Below the pieces are notes generated by a model. That model worked only from the letters and a program-made list of their open reading frames with translations, ran no database searches and had not been told where the DNA came from. The position numbers were made by a program, and so were the translations under genes. From Candidatus Micrarchaeota archaeon (lineage in GTDB: Archaea; Micrarchaeota; Micrarchaeia; Anstonellales; Bilamarchaeaceae), in NCBI GenBank assembly GCA_043812915.1, contig JBDRLQ010000007.1:3502-67501 (forward strand): a stretch of DNA of 64,000 nucleotides, written 5' to 3'. The first letter of the stretch is position 1; each line of letters begins with the position of its first letter. Shown piece after piece: positions 16,684 to 26,700 of this stretch.

Positions 16684-17922
16684 CTATTCATACTTCAGAG
16701 CCTCAACCGGTGATATCCTTGCCGCATTCCTTGCCGGGGCAACTCCCGCGATTATGCCTACTGCCACGGAAAAGACCAGGCCAAGGGCAACGAGGTCGAA
16801 CGTTATCAATGTTGGTATGTCCAGGCTACTGAGCAGCGCCGATGCCAGCAAGCTCAGCACTATCCCGAGTGCCCCTCCAATCAGGCCGAGCATGCCCGCT
16901 TCAATCAGGAAGAGTGCGACTATATGCCTGTCCTTGGCTCCGAGGGCCTTGAAGACACCTATTGTCTTCGTCTGCTCCAGGACGCTCATGAACATGGTAT
17001 TCAGGACTCCGATGCCACCTACTATCAGGGATATGGAGGCTATCCCGCCTAGGAAAAGGCCCAGGGTATCCGATATTGAGGATACTGCGGACTGGACCGA
17101 TGCTGCGGTTGTCACCGAGAAATCCGGCTCCCCGTTCTCAAGGTTGTGCAGCGAGAGGAGCTCCTCCTCAAGGTCTGCTGCGACTTCGTCAACATCATGG
17201 CCTTCCCGCACATAGACTATGGCCTGCCCGACCTCATCATCACTCCCGAAGATCTCTCTTGCCGTCTTCTGAGGTATGTAGATGTTGCTGTCCGAGCCGC
17301 CCATCCCACCGCTCTCCTCAAGGATTCCAACGACCCTGAAGGCAAGGCCGTCAATCTCTATCTGCTTGTTGAGCATATCCTCGTCGTCCTGAAAAACCCT
17401 ATGGGCAACTGCATGGCCGACAACGGCTGAATACCTATCATTGATGCTAAGATATCTCCCGTCCTCCAGCTCCGACCCGATTATGTCCGCAAAGGAATCT
17501 GGCTCGGTCCCGATTACGGTGAGGCTGGTATTCTCGCTCATGAAGGAGATGTCCATGCGTTCCTGCACCTGCGCATCGAGCTTGTATACCCCCGGCATCG
17601 TGCGGAGAATGTCTGCTTCCCGGAATGTTATTATTTCGTCCCCTTCCTCCTCTTTCCCAGAGCCGCCGGGGGGCCTGCCGCCCATCATCATGCCGGCTCC
17701 AGGCATGCGTGCCGCCCGCTCCGAGCCTGGGCTGATTGTAATTAAATTCGAGCCAAGCGAGCTCGTCTGCGCAGTAATCTGGGCCTGCATGCCGAGGCTG
17801 ATGGATATGAGGGAAATGATTGCCGCAACTCCAATCACAATGCCAAGTATGGTCAGCCAGCTGCGTAGCTTCTGGTGCCTGATGTTGGTCAGGGCGATAT
17901 CCAGCATATCCTCTGTCTTCAT
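16684..17922 (-). CDS. ABC transporter permease, MacB/FtsX (LolCE-like) family
   Basis: MLDIALTNIRHQKLRSWLTILGIVIGVAAI..., large extracytoplasmic loop, C-terminal FtsX TM bundle. ATG 17922 forms an ATGA overlap with the upstream stop. Confidence 0.85.
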   Translation of the reverse strand: MKTEDMLDIALTNIRHQKLRSWLTILGIVIGVAAIISLISISLGMQAQITAQTSSLGSNLITISPGSERAARMPGAGMMMGGRPPGGSGKEEEGDEIITFREADILRTMPGVYKLDAQVQERMDISFMSENTSLTVIGTEPDSFADIIGSELEDGRYLSINDRYSAVVGHAVAHRVFQDDEDMLNKQIEIDGLAFRVVGILEESGGMGGSDSNIYIPQKTAREIFGSDDEVGQAIVYVREGHDVDEVAADLEEELLSLHNLENGEPDFSVTTAASVQSAVSSISDTLGLFLGGIASISLIVGGIGVLNTMFMSVLEQTKTIGVFKALGAKDRHIVALFLIEAGMLGLIGGALGIVLSLLASALLSSLDIPTLITFDLVALGLVFSVAVGIIAGVAPARNAARISPVEALKYE

Positions 17923-19427
17923 TCCGCTCCCTTCCTCTGTTTCCACTTCCGGTATCCGAAATAAAGAACTGCCAGCAGGGCAATCCCACCCAGGATGAAA
18001 ATCGGGCTGAATCCGCCCCCTCCTGGCCTGGCGCCCCGCTCGGCCATGGCCTCTGATTCGGAAAGCACCATAATCCCATCAGAGCCGACAGAAACAAGCC
18101 GGCTTATCGTGTGCTTTTCATTATCATTGTCCTTGAACTCTATCGTTATCGGGAGTTCGCCCTGGCCCTGCACGCTCACCTGGAATGTGGCAAAATCATC
18201 CACATTGAGGGTGCCGATGAATTTCTCATCCTCTCCAGATATCCTGAGCGATTCTGTGGATTCTGCATAAACATATACCGCCCTTATCGGTGTGTTCCCT
18301 GAATTTGCTATCCGTATCGTCGCCTCCGTCCCTCCAGTATCAGAGCTTGAGGTCTCGGTAGTCAGCACAATCTCCGGAGTCGCCTCAACGACTATCCCGC
18401 TGTCATATTCGATATCCTCGCCATTTGTCTTGAGGGTCATTGGCAGTATATAGTATCCTGAAGATGACCCGGCATCAATGCCAAGGCGTATGGTCTCGGA
18501 CCTTTCCTCTCCGGGCATTATCGAATCGAAGTAGAGCATGTTCGAGCCTATAGGGGTGAATATATCGTTATCGTCTATTATGAGAGTTGCGGACTGCGTG
18601 CTGCTCCCCCGGTTCTCGATGGTTATCTCATATATAAGCTCGGAACCTATCTCGCTTCCTGATTTGGCCTGCCCAAATACTCTGAAGAGGGATGAGGAAT
18701 CCATCACAAGGACCGGTCCTACACCCACCGTCTCAGATATCTCGTTCTGCAGGGCATCGTTGAACGTGACTTTCAGGGGGATTGTGTATTTGCCCTCATC
18801 GGCTGATGAAGATGCGACCACGCTTACGGTTACATTCGCGCTTGAACCGCTGGCAACGCTTCCGACCCTCTGGCTTGTTGTGCCAACCAGGCTGAAGGCC
18901 GAACCATCAGGCGAGCTTATCACCACATTGTTCATAACTCCCCCGGTATTCATAATTTCAAGCTCAACGTCCAGGGTCTCCCCCTTCCTGATGGTATCCT
19001 TACTCATGCCCAGGGTGTCAATCTCAAGAATCTGGTGCTGGCTAACTGAAATGGGGATTGATGCCTTTGATGTCTTTAGCGAAGTCCCGTCCTCCCCGTT
19101 GTAGTATATCGTTAGCTCAAGCAGCATTATCCCCGTATCGGTCTTCTCGGGCACCTTGAAGGGTATGGAGGTTATTGCCTCCGAGTTGGCCCCTACATCC
19201 CCGAGGAATATGCTCCATCGATCGCCCGGGCTGTAGTCGTAGTAGATGCTGGCTCCGGTCGCCGTCTCGCTCCCGCTGTTATGGACCGTCACCCGGAGCT
19301 GGCCTTCTGTTGAAGGGTATACACTTTCAGGGTAAACGTCAAAATCGCCAATCTGGAGGACCGGCCCCGCACAGCTCGCGATATTAGCAAGCAGCAAAAT
19401 CGAGAAAATCCAGTATGTTCTGTTCAT
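17919..19427 (-). CDS. secreted multi-domain beta-rich protein (COG1361 / CARDB-like S-layer-domain protein) with C-terminal TM anchor
   Basis: Signal peptide, repeated Ig-like segments (LRVTVHNSGSETATGASIYY; LELEIMNTGG; YEITIENRGSSTQSA; IRIANSGNTPI), tail ILGGIALLAVLYFGYRKWKQRK. Confidence 0.7.
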   Translation of the reverse strand: MNRTYWIFSILLLANIASCAGPVLQIGDFDVYPESVYPSTEGQLRVTVHNSGSETATGASIYYDYSPGDRWSIFLGDVGANSEAITSIPFKVPEKTDTGIMLLELTIYYNGEDGTSLKTSKASIPISVSQHQILEIDTLGMSKDTIRKGETLDVELEIMNTGGVMNNVVISSPDGSAFSLVGTTSQRVGSVASGSSANVTVSVVASSSADEGKYTIPLKVTFNDALQNEISETVGVGPVLVMDSSSLFRVFGQAKSGSEIGSELIYEITIENRGSSTQSATLIIDDNDIFTPIGSNMLYFDSIMPGEERSETIRLGIDAGSSSGYYILPMTLKTNGEDIEYDSGIVVEATPEIVLTTETSSSDTGGTEATIRIANSGNTPIRAVYVYAESTESLRISGEDEKFIGTLNVDDFATFQVSVQGQGELPITIEFKDNDNEKHTISRLVSVGSDGIMVLSESEAMAERGARPGGGGFSPIFILGGIALLAVLYFGYRKWKQRKGAE

Positions 19428-19431
19428 AGTA

Positions 19432-20175
19432 TCACTTCTTTATCTTGATGTCGGCATCCTCATGGGGCACGTCTCCCCCTTTCCGCGGTATGTCCTTCTC
19501 CACCCTGCCATCGCGTATATGCACCGTACGATTCGCGTACGATGCAACGACTGGCTCATGCGTCACTATGACGACCGTCAGCCCCTTCTTCCACAGGCTG
19601 TGGAGGGTTTTCATGACCTCCTTGCCCGAGACCGAGTCCAGGTTTCCTGTCGGCTCGTCAGCAAGTATTATCTCAGGGCTGTTGGCAAGGGCCCTTGCGA
19701 TTGCGGCCCTTTGCCTTTCCCCCCCGCTAAGCTGCGAGGGAAGGTTCCCTGCCTTTGCAGCCATGCCAACCGCCTCAAGCAGTTCGCCCGCCTTCCTGCG
19801 GCGCTCGCCCTTGGGCTTCCCGTCAATTACCATGGGCAGCTCGACATTCCTGAAAACGCTGAGGGTGGGTGCAAGGTTGAATGACTGGAAGACGAATCCG
19901 ATTTTCCGGTTCCGCACTTCCGCGAGCCCGTCATTGTTGAGGCTGAGCATGGATTTGCCCTCCACGAAAGCGTCCCCTGAAGTCGGCTTGTCAAGAAATC
20001 CGAGGAAGTGCAGGAGGGTGCTCTTTCCGCTTCCGGATGGACCCATAATCGACATGAACTCCCCCCTGCAAATTTTCAGGCTGACCTTGTCGAGGGCGCG
20101 GAAGGTGGACTTGCCGATTTTGTATTCCTTGGTCACTTCCTGCAATTCCAAAACTGGTCCGCTCTTGCACTCCAT
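19432..20175 (-). CDS. ABC transporter ATP-binding protein (MacB/LolD-like)
   Basis: GPSGSGKSTLL, LSGGERQRAAIARAL, ILADEPTGNLD. Confidence 0.9.
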   Translation of the reverse strand: MECKSGPVLELQEVTKEYKIGKSTFRALDKVSLKICRGEFMSIMGPSGSGKSTLLHFLGFLDKPTSGDAFVEGKSMLSLNNDGLAEVRNRKIGFVFQSFNLAPTLSVFRNVELPMVIDGKPKGERRRKAGELLEAVGMAAKAGNLPSQLSGGERQRAAIARALANSPEIILADEPTGNLDSVSGKEVMKTLHSLWKKGLTVVIVTHEPVVASYANRTVHIRDGRVEKDIPRKGGDVPHEDADIKIKK

Positions 20176-20257
20176 CAGGCCAACACCAAAGGCTTGGGGC
20201 GGGCCTGACGTATATATTGCTTTGCCGAAATATCACCCAAATTATCCCGCAATCGGC

Positions 20258-20692
20258 CTATTTTGAGCTGACCCAGACCAGTATGGCAAGAGAGATGCTG
20301 GCAAAAAAGTAGGGCACAAGGGTAAATAGCCCCCCGCTTCCGTAGATGCCCAGGAACTTGTGGAGGAGGGGGTTGGCGGCAACCGCAAACAGCATGAAAG
20401 AGAATATTGCAAGCAGCAGGCCAAGAGTGAATCTACTCCTTAGCATCAGGTAATCTCTCATGTATGTGAAGAGCAGGAAGACTGAGAGGGCCAGCATGAA
20501 AAACGAGAGGGCCGTGTGGGCGATGAAAATCTGCAGCATGGCATCCCCGAATTCTGGGCCGGGGCCAAGCTGCCTAAATGGCATGAGCAGGTTAGCCACC
20601 AGGAAAATCCCGACCGAAAGGAGCAGGGCAAGGGCCGTTCCAACTATCGCCTTAAGGGTGAAATCATCCTTTTTTCCTTTTTCCATCATCAT
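20258..20692 (-). CDS. 4-TM membrane protein (hypothetical), translationally coupled to the upstream wHTH gene
   Basis: Hydrophobic segments. The start overlaps the 3' end of the regulator gene by 29 nt. SD GAGGTAAT. Confidence 0.6.
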   Translation of the reverse strand: MMMEKGKKDDFTLKAIVGTALALLLSVGIFLVANLLMPFRQLGPGPEFGDAMLQIFIAHTALSFFMLALSVFLLFTYMRDYLMLRSRFTLGLLLAIFSFMLFAVAANPLLHKFLGIYGSGGLFTLVPYFFASISLAILVWVSSK

Positions 20693-20966
20693 TACCTCGC
20701 ATAAGTTCTATTAAATACTCATTGTCTTCCCACTCCGGGCTGATGAAATAGACCGAGCCGTATTTTTTTCTCGGCGTCTCCAGGACATGGTTTTCCATGA
20801 GCAGCTCTACATGCCCCTGGACAGTCTTGTAATCGAGCTTCGTGGCAAGCGCCAGCTGCCGCATGTTCATGGGCTTCCTGCAGAGTACTCCCAGAATCCT
20901 CACTCTTGTCGGCCCCCCTCTTGATGCGCTAAGCAGCCAATAGAGCAGGCGGGTTTTCGAATCCAT
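20664..20966 (-). CDS. winged-helix (ArsR/PadR-like) transcriptional regulator
   Basis: RVRILGVLCRKPMNMRQLALATKLDYKTVQGHVELLMENHVLE, a typical wHTH. Confidence 0.7.
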   Translation of the reverse strand: MDSKTRLLYWLLSASRGGPTRVRILGVLCRKPMNMRQLALATKLDYKTVQGHVELLMENHVLETPRKKYGSVYFISPEWEDNEYLIELMRGNDDGKRKKG

Positions 20967-21048
20967 CTGGAATCAACATTGGGCTAATCTGATATTAATC
21001 TTGCGGTTTGGGGCTGCGACTCATGGCGCCCGTGCGCTGAAATGGCCT

Positions 21049-22419
21049 CTATCCGACCTTCCAGGCATGCACTATGCTATTGCCGTCTGCATCCGCTAGC
21101 CGCTCGAATATATAGAGCAGGCCGTTCTCCTGGTCATATGCCGCGGCTCCAAGAGAATACATCTTGTCCATCTCATAGTCATAGCCAGGCTCGAAGAGCA
21201 CGTTGTCGATGCTCATCACGGCGTAGGGCTGCGGCTCCCACGTTTCCATCTCTCCCCTTGCCACGGATGCCAGGCCGGCAGGGTCGAAGAACAGAATCTG
21301 CGCCTGTATGCTCTCGGACCACCATCCCCTCCCGTCATGCGGCCAGTCCGGAACTTCCGGATACGCCTCTCCTGGGTCGCCGGATGTCGGCCAGACAACT
21401 CCATTGGAAAATCCATACCAGGTATTGCCCATGCCCTTTGTGCCGACGAGAATCATCGCGGATTTCTCACCGGAAGTCAGCCACGCGCCTCCGGACCATT
21501 CATCAGATTCAGCGAATCTGTCCATCGCCTGTGACTCATCACTTACAATCACAAGGCTGTCGACTCCTTCTTCTCCATAAAGGAGAAGCGGGGTGACCTG
21601 CTCAAGGGTGCTTCCAGGCTCCGGAGGATTGCCCTCGTTATACGGGCCAATCGCATAAAGCGCCGGCCCTCTTCCTGACCACAGGCCGTCGCGGAACCTT
21701 CCGGTCGCGAGCCTCAGTCCCGGCGTGTTCGCAGAAGCCCATTCCTGTGGAATTTCGAACATGTAATCATTTGTGGTGTAGCTGCTCCAGCCATCCACAT
21801 ACCACGGGCCAGCGGTCCGCGGGTTCGACAAATCAAGCTCGCTCCACCCATGCGTAGGGTTGTTTTCCCCCTCAAGGTGCTGGCCCCAGGAGAAGTAGAG
21901 CTTTCCTGAATCCTGGCCATCCTGGGCAGGGAGGTATTGCAGCCCTGCCCGCGGAATCTCAAGCTCCCCGAACATGCCGCCGGTAATGTCGGCAAACGGC
22001 TGCAGCGTCTCCGCGGTATTCAGCTCTTCGATATTATCAGAAATAACTGGGACAGGAATGCTTATCTCTGAGACCATCTGGTGGTGGTCATGGCCGACAG
22101 CAAAAATGGAACCCGGGAATCCGTCATCAGCGCCGGCAGCGTCCCCATCAGGATAATATGTGGCGGCATATCCGCTCCAGAGCCAGTTCGAGCCGCCGGA
22201 CTCTCCGGGGAGCCTGAATGCCCCGAGATAAACCAAATCAGACGGGGCAATTAATTCTCCGGGTATATATTCCGGAAGCCCGGGAGCTTCAATCGAAGTG
22301 CCCTGCCCTGGCGGCTCTCCTCCTGGTGGCGCCTCAGCCTGCGGCCCTTCTCCAGGGGCGGACGGCGTGATGCATCCAAAAAGCAAAATCCCAATAACAA
22401 GCAATACCATCAGTCTCAT
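21049..22419 (-). CDS. secreted lipoprotein, function unknown
   Basis: MRLMVLLVIGILLFGC lipobox. ATG 22419 has AGGAG 9 nt upstream and sits 2 nt after the upstream stop. No recognised catalytic motif. Confidence 0.65.
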   Translation of the reverse strand: MRLMVLLVIGILLFGCITPSAPGEGPQAEAPPGGEPPGQGTSIEAPGLPEYIPGELIAPSDLVYLGAFRLPGESGGSNWLWSGYAATYYPDGDAAGADDGFPGSIFAVGHDHHQMVSEISIPVPVISDNIEELNTAETLQPFADITGGMFGELEIPRAGLQYLPAQDGQDSGKLYFSWGQHLEGENNPTHGWSELDLSNPRTAGPWYVDGWSSYTTNDYMFEIPQEWASANTPGLRLATGRFRDGLWSGRGPALYAIGPYNEGNPPEPGSTLEQVTPLLLYGEEGVDSLVIVSDESQAMDRFAESDEWSGGAWLTSGEKSAMILVGTKGMGNTWYGFSNGVVWPTSGDPGEAYPEVPDWPHDGRGWWSESIQAQILFFDPAGLASVARGEMETWEPQPYAVMSIDNVLFEPGYDYEMDKMYSLGAAAYDQENGLLYIFERLADADGNSIVHAWKVG

Positions 22420-22420
22420 A

Positions 22421-23644
22421 TCATTCATCTCCTGCACTCGCGCTGAACCAGTCAATCAGGTCCCCTTCATCATTTATCACAGAAACAAGCATCTTATCCC
22501 CGTCGATTTCCATCCTCGAGAAATGGTAATCCTCGGCAGCCGCGACTACGAACGGGTAGTTATGGTCCGGGAGGTAGAGTGGAGCGCCGCCCCCTCCGAG
22601 CGTGAGATACTGTATGCCGTCCACCTCCGCCCTTGCGTAATAATGGTTGTGCCCCTGCACAACTACCTTCACGCCATTCTCCAGGAAAACAGGGTGCAGG
22701 TCCTGCTGCACCACCTCGTTGTCATCATGCGGATACACATTCGGGCCCGGAATACCGTATGCGCTGTATCCTGGCTGGTGGAACATCACAACCTTCCAGG
22801 GTCTGTCCGTCCCCCGAATGTCATCAACAATCCAGTCGTACTGCGCGCTGCCGTTGGAATAGTTTGCCGTGTACTGGTCAATCACAGTGACATGCAGGGG
22901 GCCGTAATCGAAAGAATAGTAGAAATGCCCCTCCTCCGCAAAAAGCGGGTTCGGCCAGTATTTCCGGAATAACATTCCCTCATCAGGGACATCAGCGACA
23001 TACTCCCCGTTGTCGAAGTTCTCATGGTCGCCGATTGCCCCCATCATGGGCATCACCGAAAGGAATTCTTGGATATTCGGCCGCTTCCTGCTGAAGAATT
23101 CGTCATCCCAGTGCGCCTCGTCCAGGCCGAAGGTGACATAGTCGCCCGCATGCAAGGCGATGGTCTGCCTCCTGCCCTGATCCTGCATCATGTCGGCTAG
23201 CAGCTGTCCAAGGACCGCATCCTGCGCGCCGGGATTTGTCCTGGTGTCCCCGTATGCGTAGAATGTGAGCGAATCCGCATCATCTGCCGGTGCGGTCCTG
23301 AAGGACGATTCGTACTCCTGCCCGTCAATTGTAATCCTGTAGTTTATCTTCCTGTCCGGCCCGAGGCCGGTTATCTTGTGCTGGAACTGGTGCCCGTCAC
23401 TTCCGCTTCCATACTCCGAGAGCTCGGTCTTCCCAAGCTCGAAGTAGCCGCCCTCGCCCCATTCCAGGACCGCGCTCCCGGGCGTCCCATGAGTCTGGAA
23501 CAGCACAATCATCGATGACTGGTCGCCAGGGTAAATCAGGTACGGGCCTTTCCTCAGGGCATCCTGCGCTGCATCTCCTTCCGTGCACCCGAAAAGGAAA
23601 AGTGAAATAGCAAGCAGCCCGATAATCATCGGCTTGGTCTTCAT
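22421..23644 (-). CDS. secreted metallophosphoesterase (purple acid phosphatase-like) lipoprotein
   Basis: Lipobox LFLFGC. N-terminal FN3-like PAP domain (GPYLIYPGDQSSMIVLFQT...YRI). Metallophosphatase motifs YGDTR, HAGDY, GDHEN, VQGHNH. Confidence 0.8.
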   Translation of the reverse strand: MKTKPMIIGLLAISLFLFGCTEGDAAQDALRKGPYLIYPGDQSSMIVLFQTHGTPGSAVLEWGEGGYFELGKTELSEYGSGSDGHQFQHKITGLGPDRKINYRITIDGQEYESSFRTAPADDADSLTFYAYGDTRTNPGAQDAVLGQLLADMMQDQGRRQTIALHAGDYVTFGLDEAHWDDEFFSRKRPNIQEFLSVMPMMGAIGDHENFDNGEYVADVPDEGMLFRKYWPNPLFAEEGHFYYSFDYGPLHVTVIDQYTANYSNGSAQYDWIVDDIRGTDRPWKVVMFHQPGYSAYGIPGPNVYPHDDNEVVQQDLHPVFLENGVKVVVQGHNHYYARAEVDGIQYLTLGGGGAPLYLPDHNYPFVVAAAEDYHFSRMEIDGDKMLVSVINDEGDLIDWFSASAGDE

Positions 23645-23723
23645 GGACTTTCTATGCAATCGCAGAATAATAAATGTTTTGAGCACAGTCGCCCTATAAA
23701 GCTTTTAAACTTTTAACTTTTCT

Positions 23724-26700
23724 ATGCTCCCCATGAGGAGTCTCCCGTTTTTGGCGCTCGCCCTTGCTCTGCTCATGGCGCTTTCTGGATGCATGGATGT
23801 CTGCCCGGAATCCTGCGATGATTACAACCCATGCACCGACGATTTCTGTTCCTCAAGGACAAATTACCATTGCGCGCACATGCGCCTTGACGGGGCCCAG
23901 GGCAGCTGCTTCGGGTCGGTCCCGGGCGAGCAGTGCCAGAGGTACTCCTGCGTGGCCGGGAGCTGCATGATACAGGAGCAGCTCGGATGCGTGCCTGACA
24001 ATGGCGACGATGACGATGGCAGCACAACCGTAACAGGCGAGGCCGACTGGACCTTCATAGTCTATCTGGACGCGGACAACAACCTGGAGAGCGCGGGCCT
24101 TATAGACTTCAATGAGATGGAGGCCGCCGGCTCCACTGATGATGTGAACATTCTCGTGCAGATGGACCGGATTGAGGAATCCGATTATTATCTTGGCTAT
24201 GATTCCTCAAACGGCGACTGGGCTGATGCAAGGCGTTTCTACATAGTGCAGGACACCGACATGGATAGGATGAGGAAGAGCGAGCTTGAGGCCCTTGGAG
24301 AAGTGAACATGGGGGCTGGGGCGACGCTCAAGGAATTCCTGCTCTGGGCGGTTGAGGAATACCCCGCCAAGCACTACGCGGTCATCATCTGGGACCATGG
24401 CGCAGGATGGGACTATTCCGCATCTGGATATGAGGAATACGGCATGGTGGCCTTCGATGACACGAGCGGGGGAGATGGGATAACCCTTGCCGAGCTCGGC
24501 TCCGCTCTATCCGCAATGAAGGATAAGATTGGCAGGAAAATCGACATCATCGGCTTCGACGCCTGCCTCAATGGAATGCATGAGATTGATTATGAGATTG
24601 CCGATTATGCCCACATAAGAATCGCCTCGGAGGAACTTGTCCCCGGCGATGGATGGGATTACAGGAATTCGCTTTCCGCCCTTGTGGTCAATCCTGGAAT
24701 GAGCCGGGAGGAGTTGGCGACAACGATAGTTACCGATTTCGAGAGGTTCTATGTGCTTAGCGGCGAGGATGAGATGATTACCCTTTCCGCGGTGGACCTG
24801 GGCAAGGTTGGAACCCTCAGCAGCGCGATAGACGAGTTCTCCGCAACCATCGCAGGGCGCATGAGCGGTCAGACCGCGACCGAAGTCGGAAGGGCAAGGG
24901 CTTATGTAGAGGAATACGGGAATGACGAATACGGGTTCATAGACATAACCGACTTTGCGAAAATCATGCATGATGTCACCCAAGATCCGGACATAAAGGC
25001 CTCGGCAAAGAAGGTGGTCGAGGCGCATGATGATTCCATAATCGCCGAAATCCACGGGAATGGCCGCTCGCACTCATACGGGCGTTCGATATATTTCCCC
25101 AGGACAAGCTCGGTTTATGTCTCCAACTACAGGACCGACTCAAGGTTCTCGACAGAGACTGCCTGGGATGCGTTCCTGCGCTCATATTATACCGGCCAGA
25201 CCGCGGACCTGAGCGCGCCGACTGTCAGGGGAATGTCAGCCAGCTCGGACACTGTCAGCGCGGAGAGCCCGATGGAGATCACTGCGACAGTATCCGGAAA
25301 CCAGATTGCTGATGTTCAGCTTGAGGTGTACATGGAAGGAGACCCTGAATACGGGGACTACATCGTGCTGCTCAACTACCTTCCGTATTCATCCCCCAGC
25401 TTCATGCTTGGGGATGGGAGCACGATACCGTTCTGGCTTGACGGGGACAACCCGCTTGAGATAAAATGGAACGGATACGGAATCGCGGTGGAGGATGACG
25501 AGGGATATCTATTCATCCCGCTCGAGCCGGTCGAGAGGGGGAGCCAGTACTATTTCATCTCAGGTGAGTACACCCAGAAGGGGGCGATCAGCCCTGTCTA
25601 TGCATCCCTCGTGTTCGATTTCGATACTGGGGCGCTTGAATATGTCTGGGACCATGAGAACGTGATGGAGCTGCAGCCGAACAAGGGCGACAGGTTCTCA
25701 GCATATATATACATAATAGACTTTGATGAGGATGATGAGTACTATGTCCCCTGGACAGAGCTTATCTACGGGGAGACCGGCTTCAACCTGGGGTACTATC
25801 CCCTGCCCGCGGGCGGGTATTACCTGAACCTCGTCGCCGAGGACATCGCGGGCAACACCCAGTCTGATTCCATATACATCACTGTCGGCGACTACGTGGA
25901 GACCGGATACGAGTGCTATGACGGGACTATTGACGGTTACTGCTCTTACATCTCTCCTGGCTACTATTGTGAGGCTGGGGAACTGGCTTATGATGAGTTC
26001 TGCCTTGAGAGCCTCACATGCATGGACGGCACGCCGGACGGCTTCTGCTCATTCGACTATGACGGATACATGTGCACTGGCGGAACGCTTGAGTACAGCT
26101 CAGAATGCCTTGACTCGAACTTCTGCTATGACGGGACTCCAATCGGGGAGTGCTCATACTTCTACAATGGATATCTCTGCGCTGATGGGGATTTCGTCCT
26201 GGACGAGGCGTGCTATGATGAGTTCTACACCGATGAATGCTCGGACGGCACAATGAACGGGTTCTGCTCCAATGAGAATCCGGGCTACTACTGTTTCTTC
26301 GGCGAGCTTCTGGATGATCCTGAATGCGTCGGAAGCTGCCCTGACGGGACTCCGAATGAGTACTGTTCCTTCACGATGGAAGGATACTCCTGTTACGATG
26401 GCGTGCTCAAGGCGGATGAATCCTGTGTTGAGAGTTATGGTTCGGAGACGGGATGCCAGGACGGCACGCAGCATGGATACTGCTCACTGCTCTATGACGG
26501 CTACTGGTGCAACAACGGCGAGCTTGAGTATGAAGACTCCTGTCTCGCAGGAGACTATGGCCTCGACTGCCCGGACGGCACTGAGCATGGGTACTGCTCG
26601 GATGCCAATCCCGGCTACGGATGCTGGGACGGATTCCTTGAGGAATACGCGGAGTGCGGGGCGGTTCTTGACTATGACTGCCCGGACGGCACGCTTAGCG

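Noticed and set aside
19445-20266. 273-aa plus-strand ORF
   Set aside because: It is antisense to the ABC ATPase, which has Walker A/B and signature motifs.
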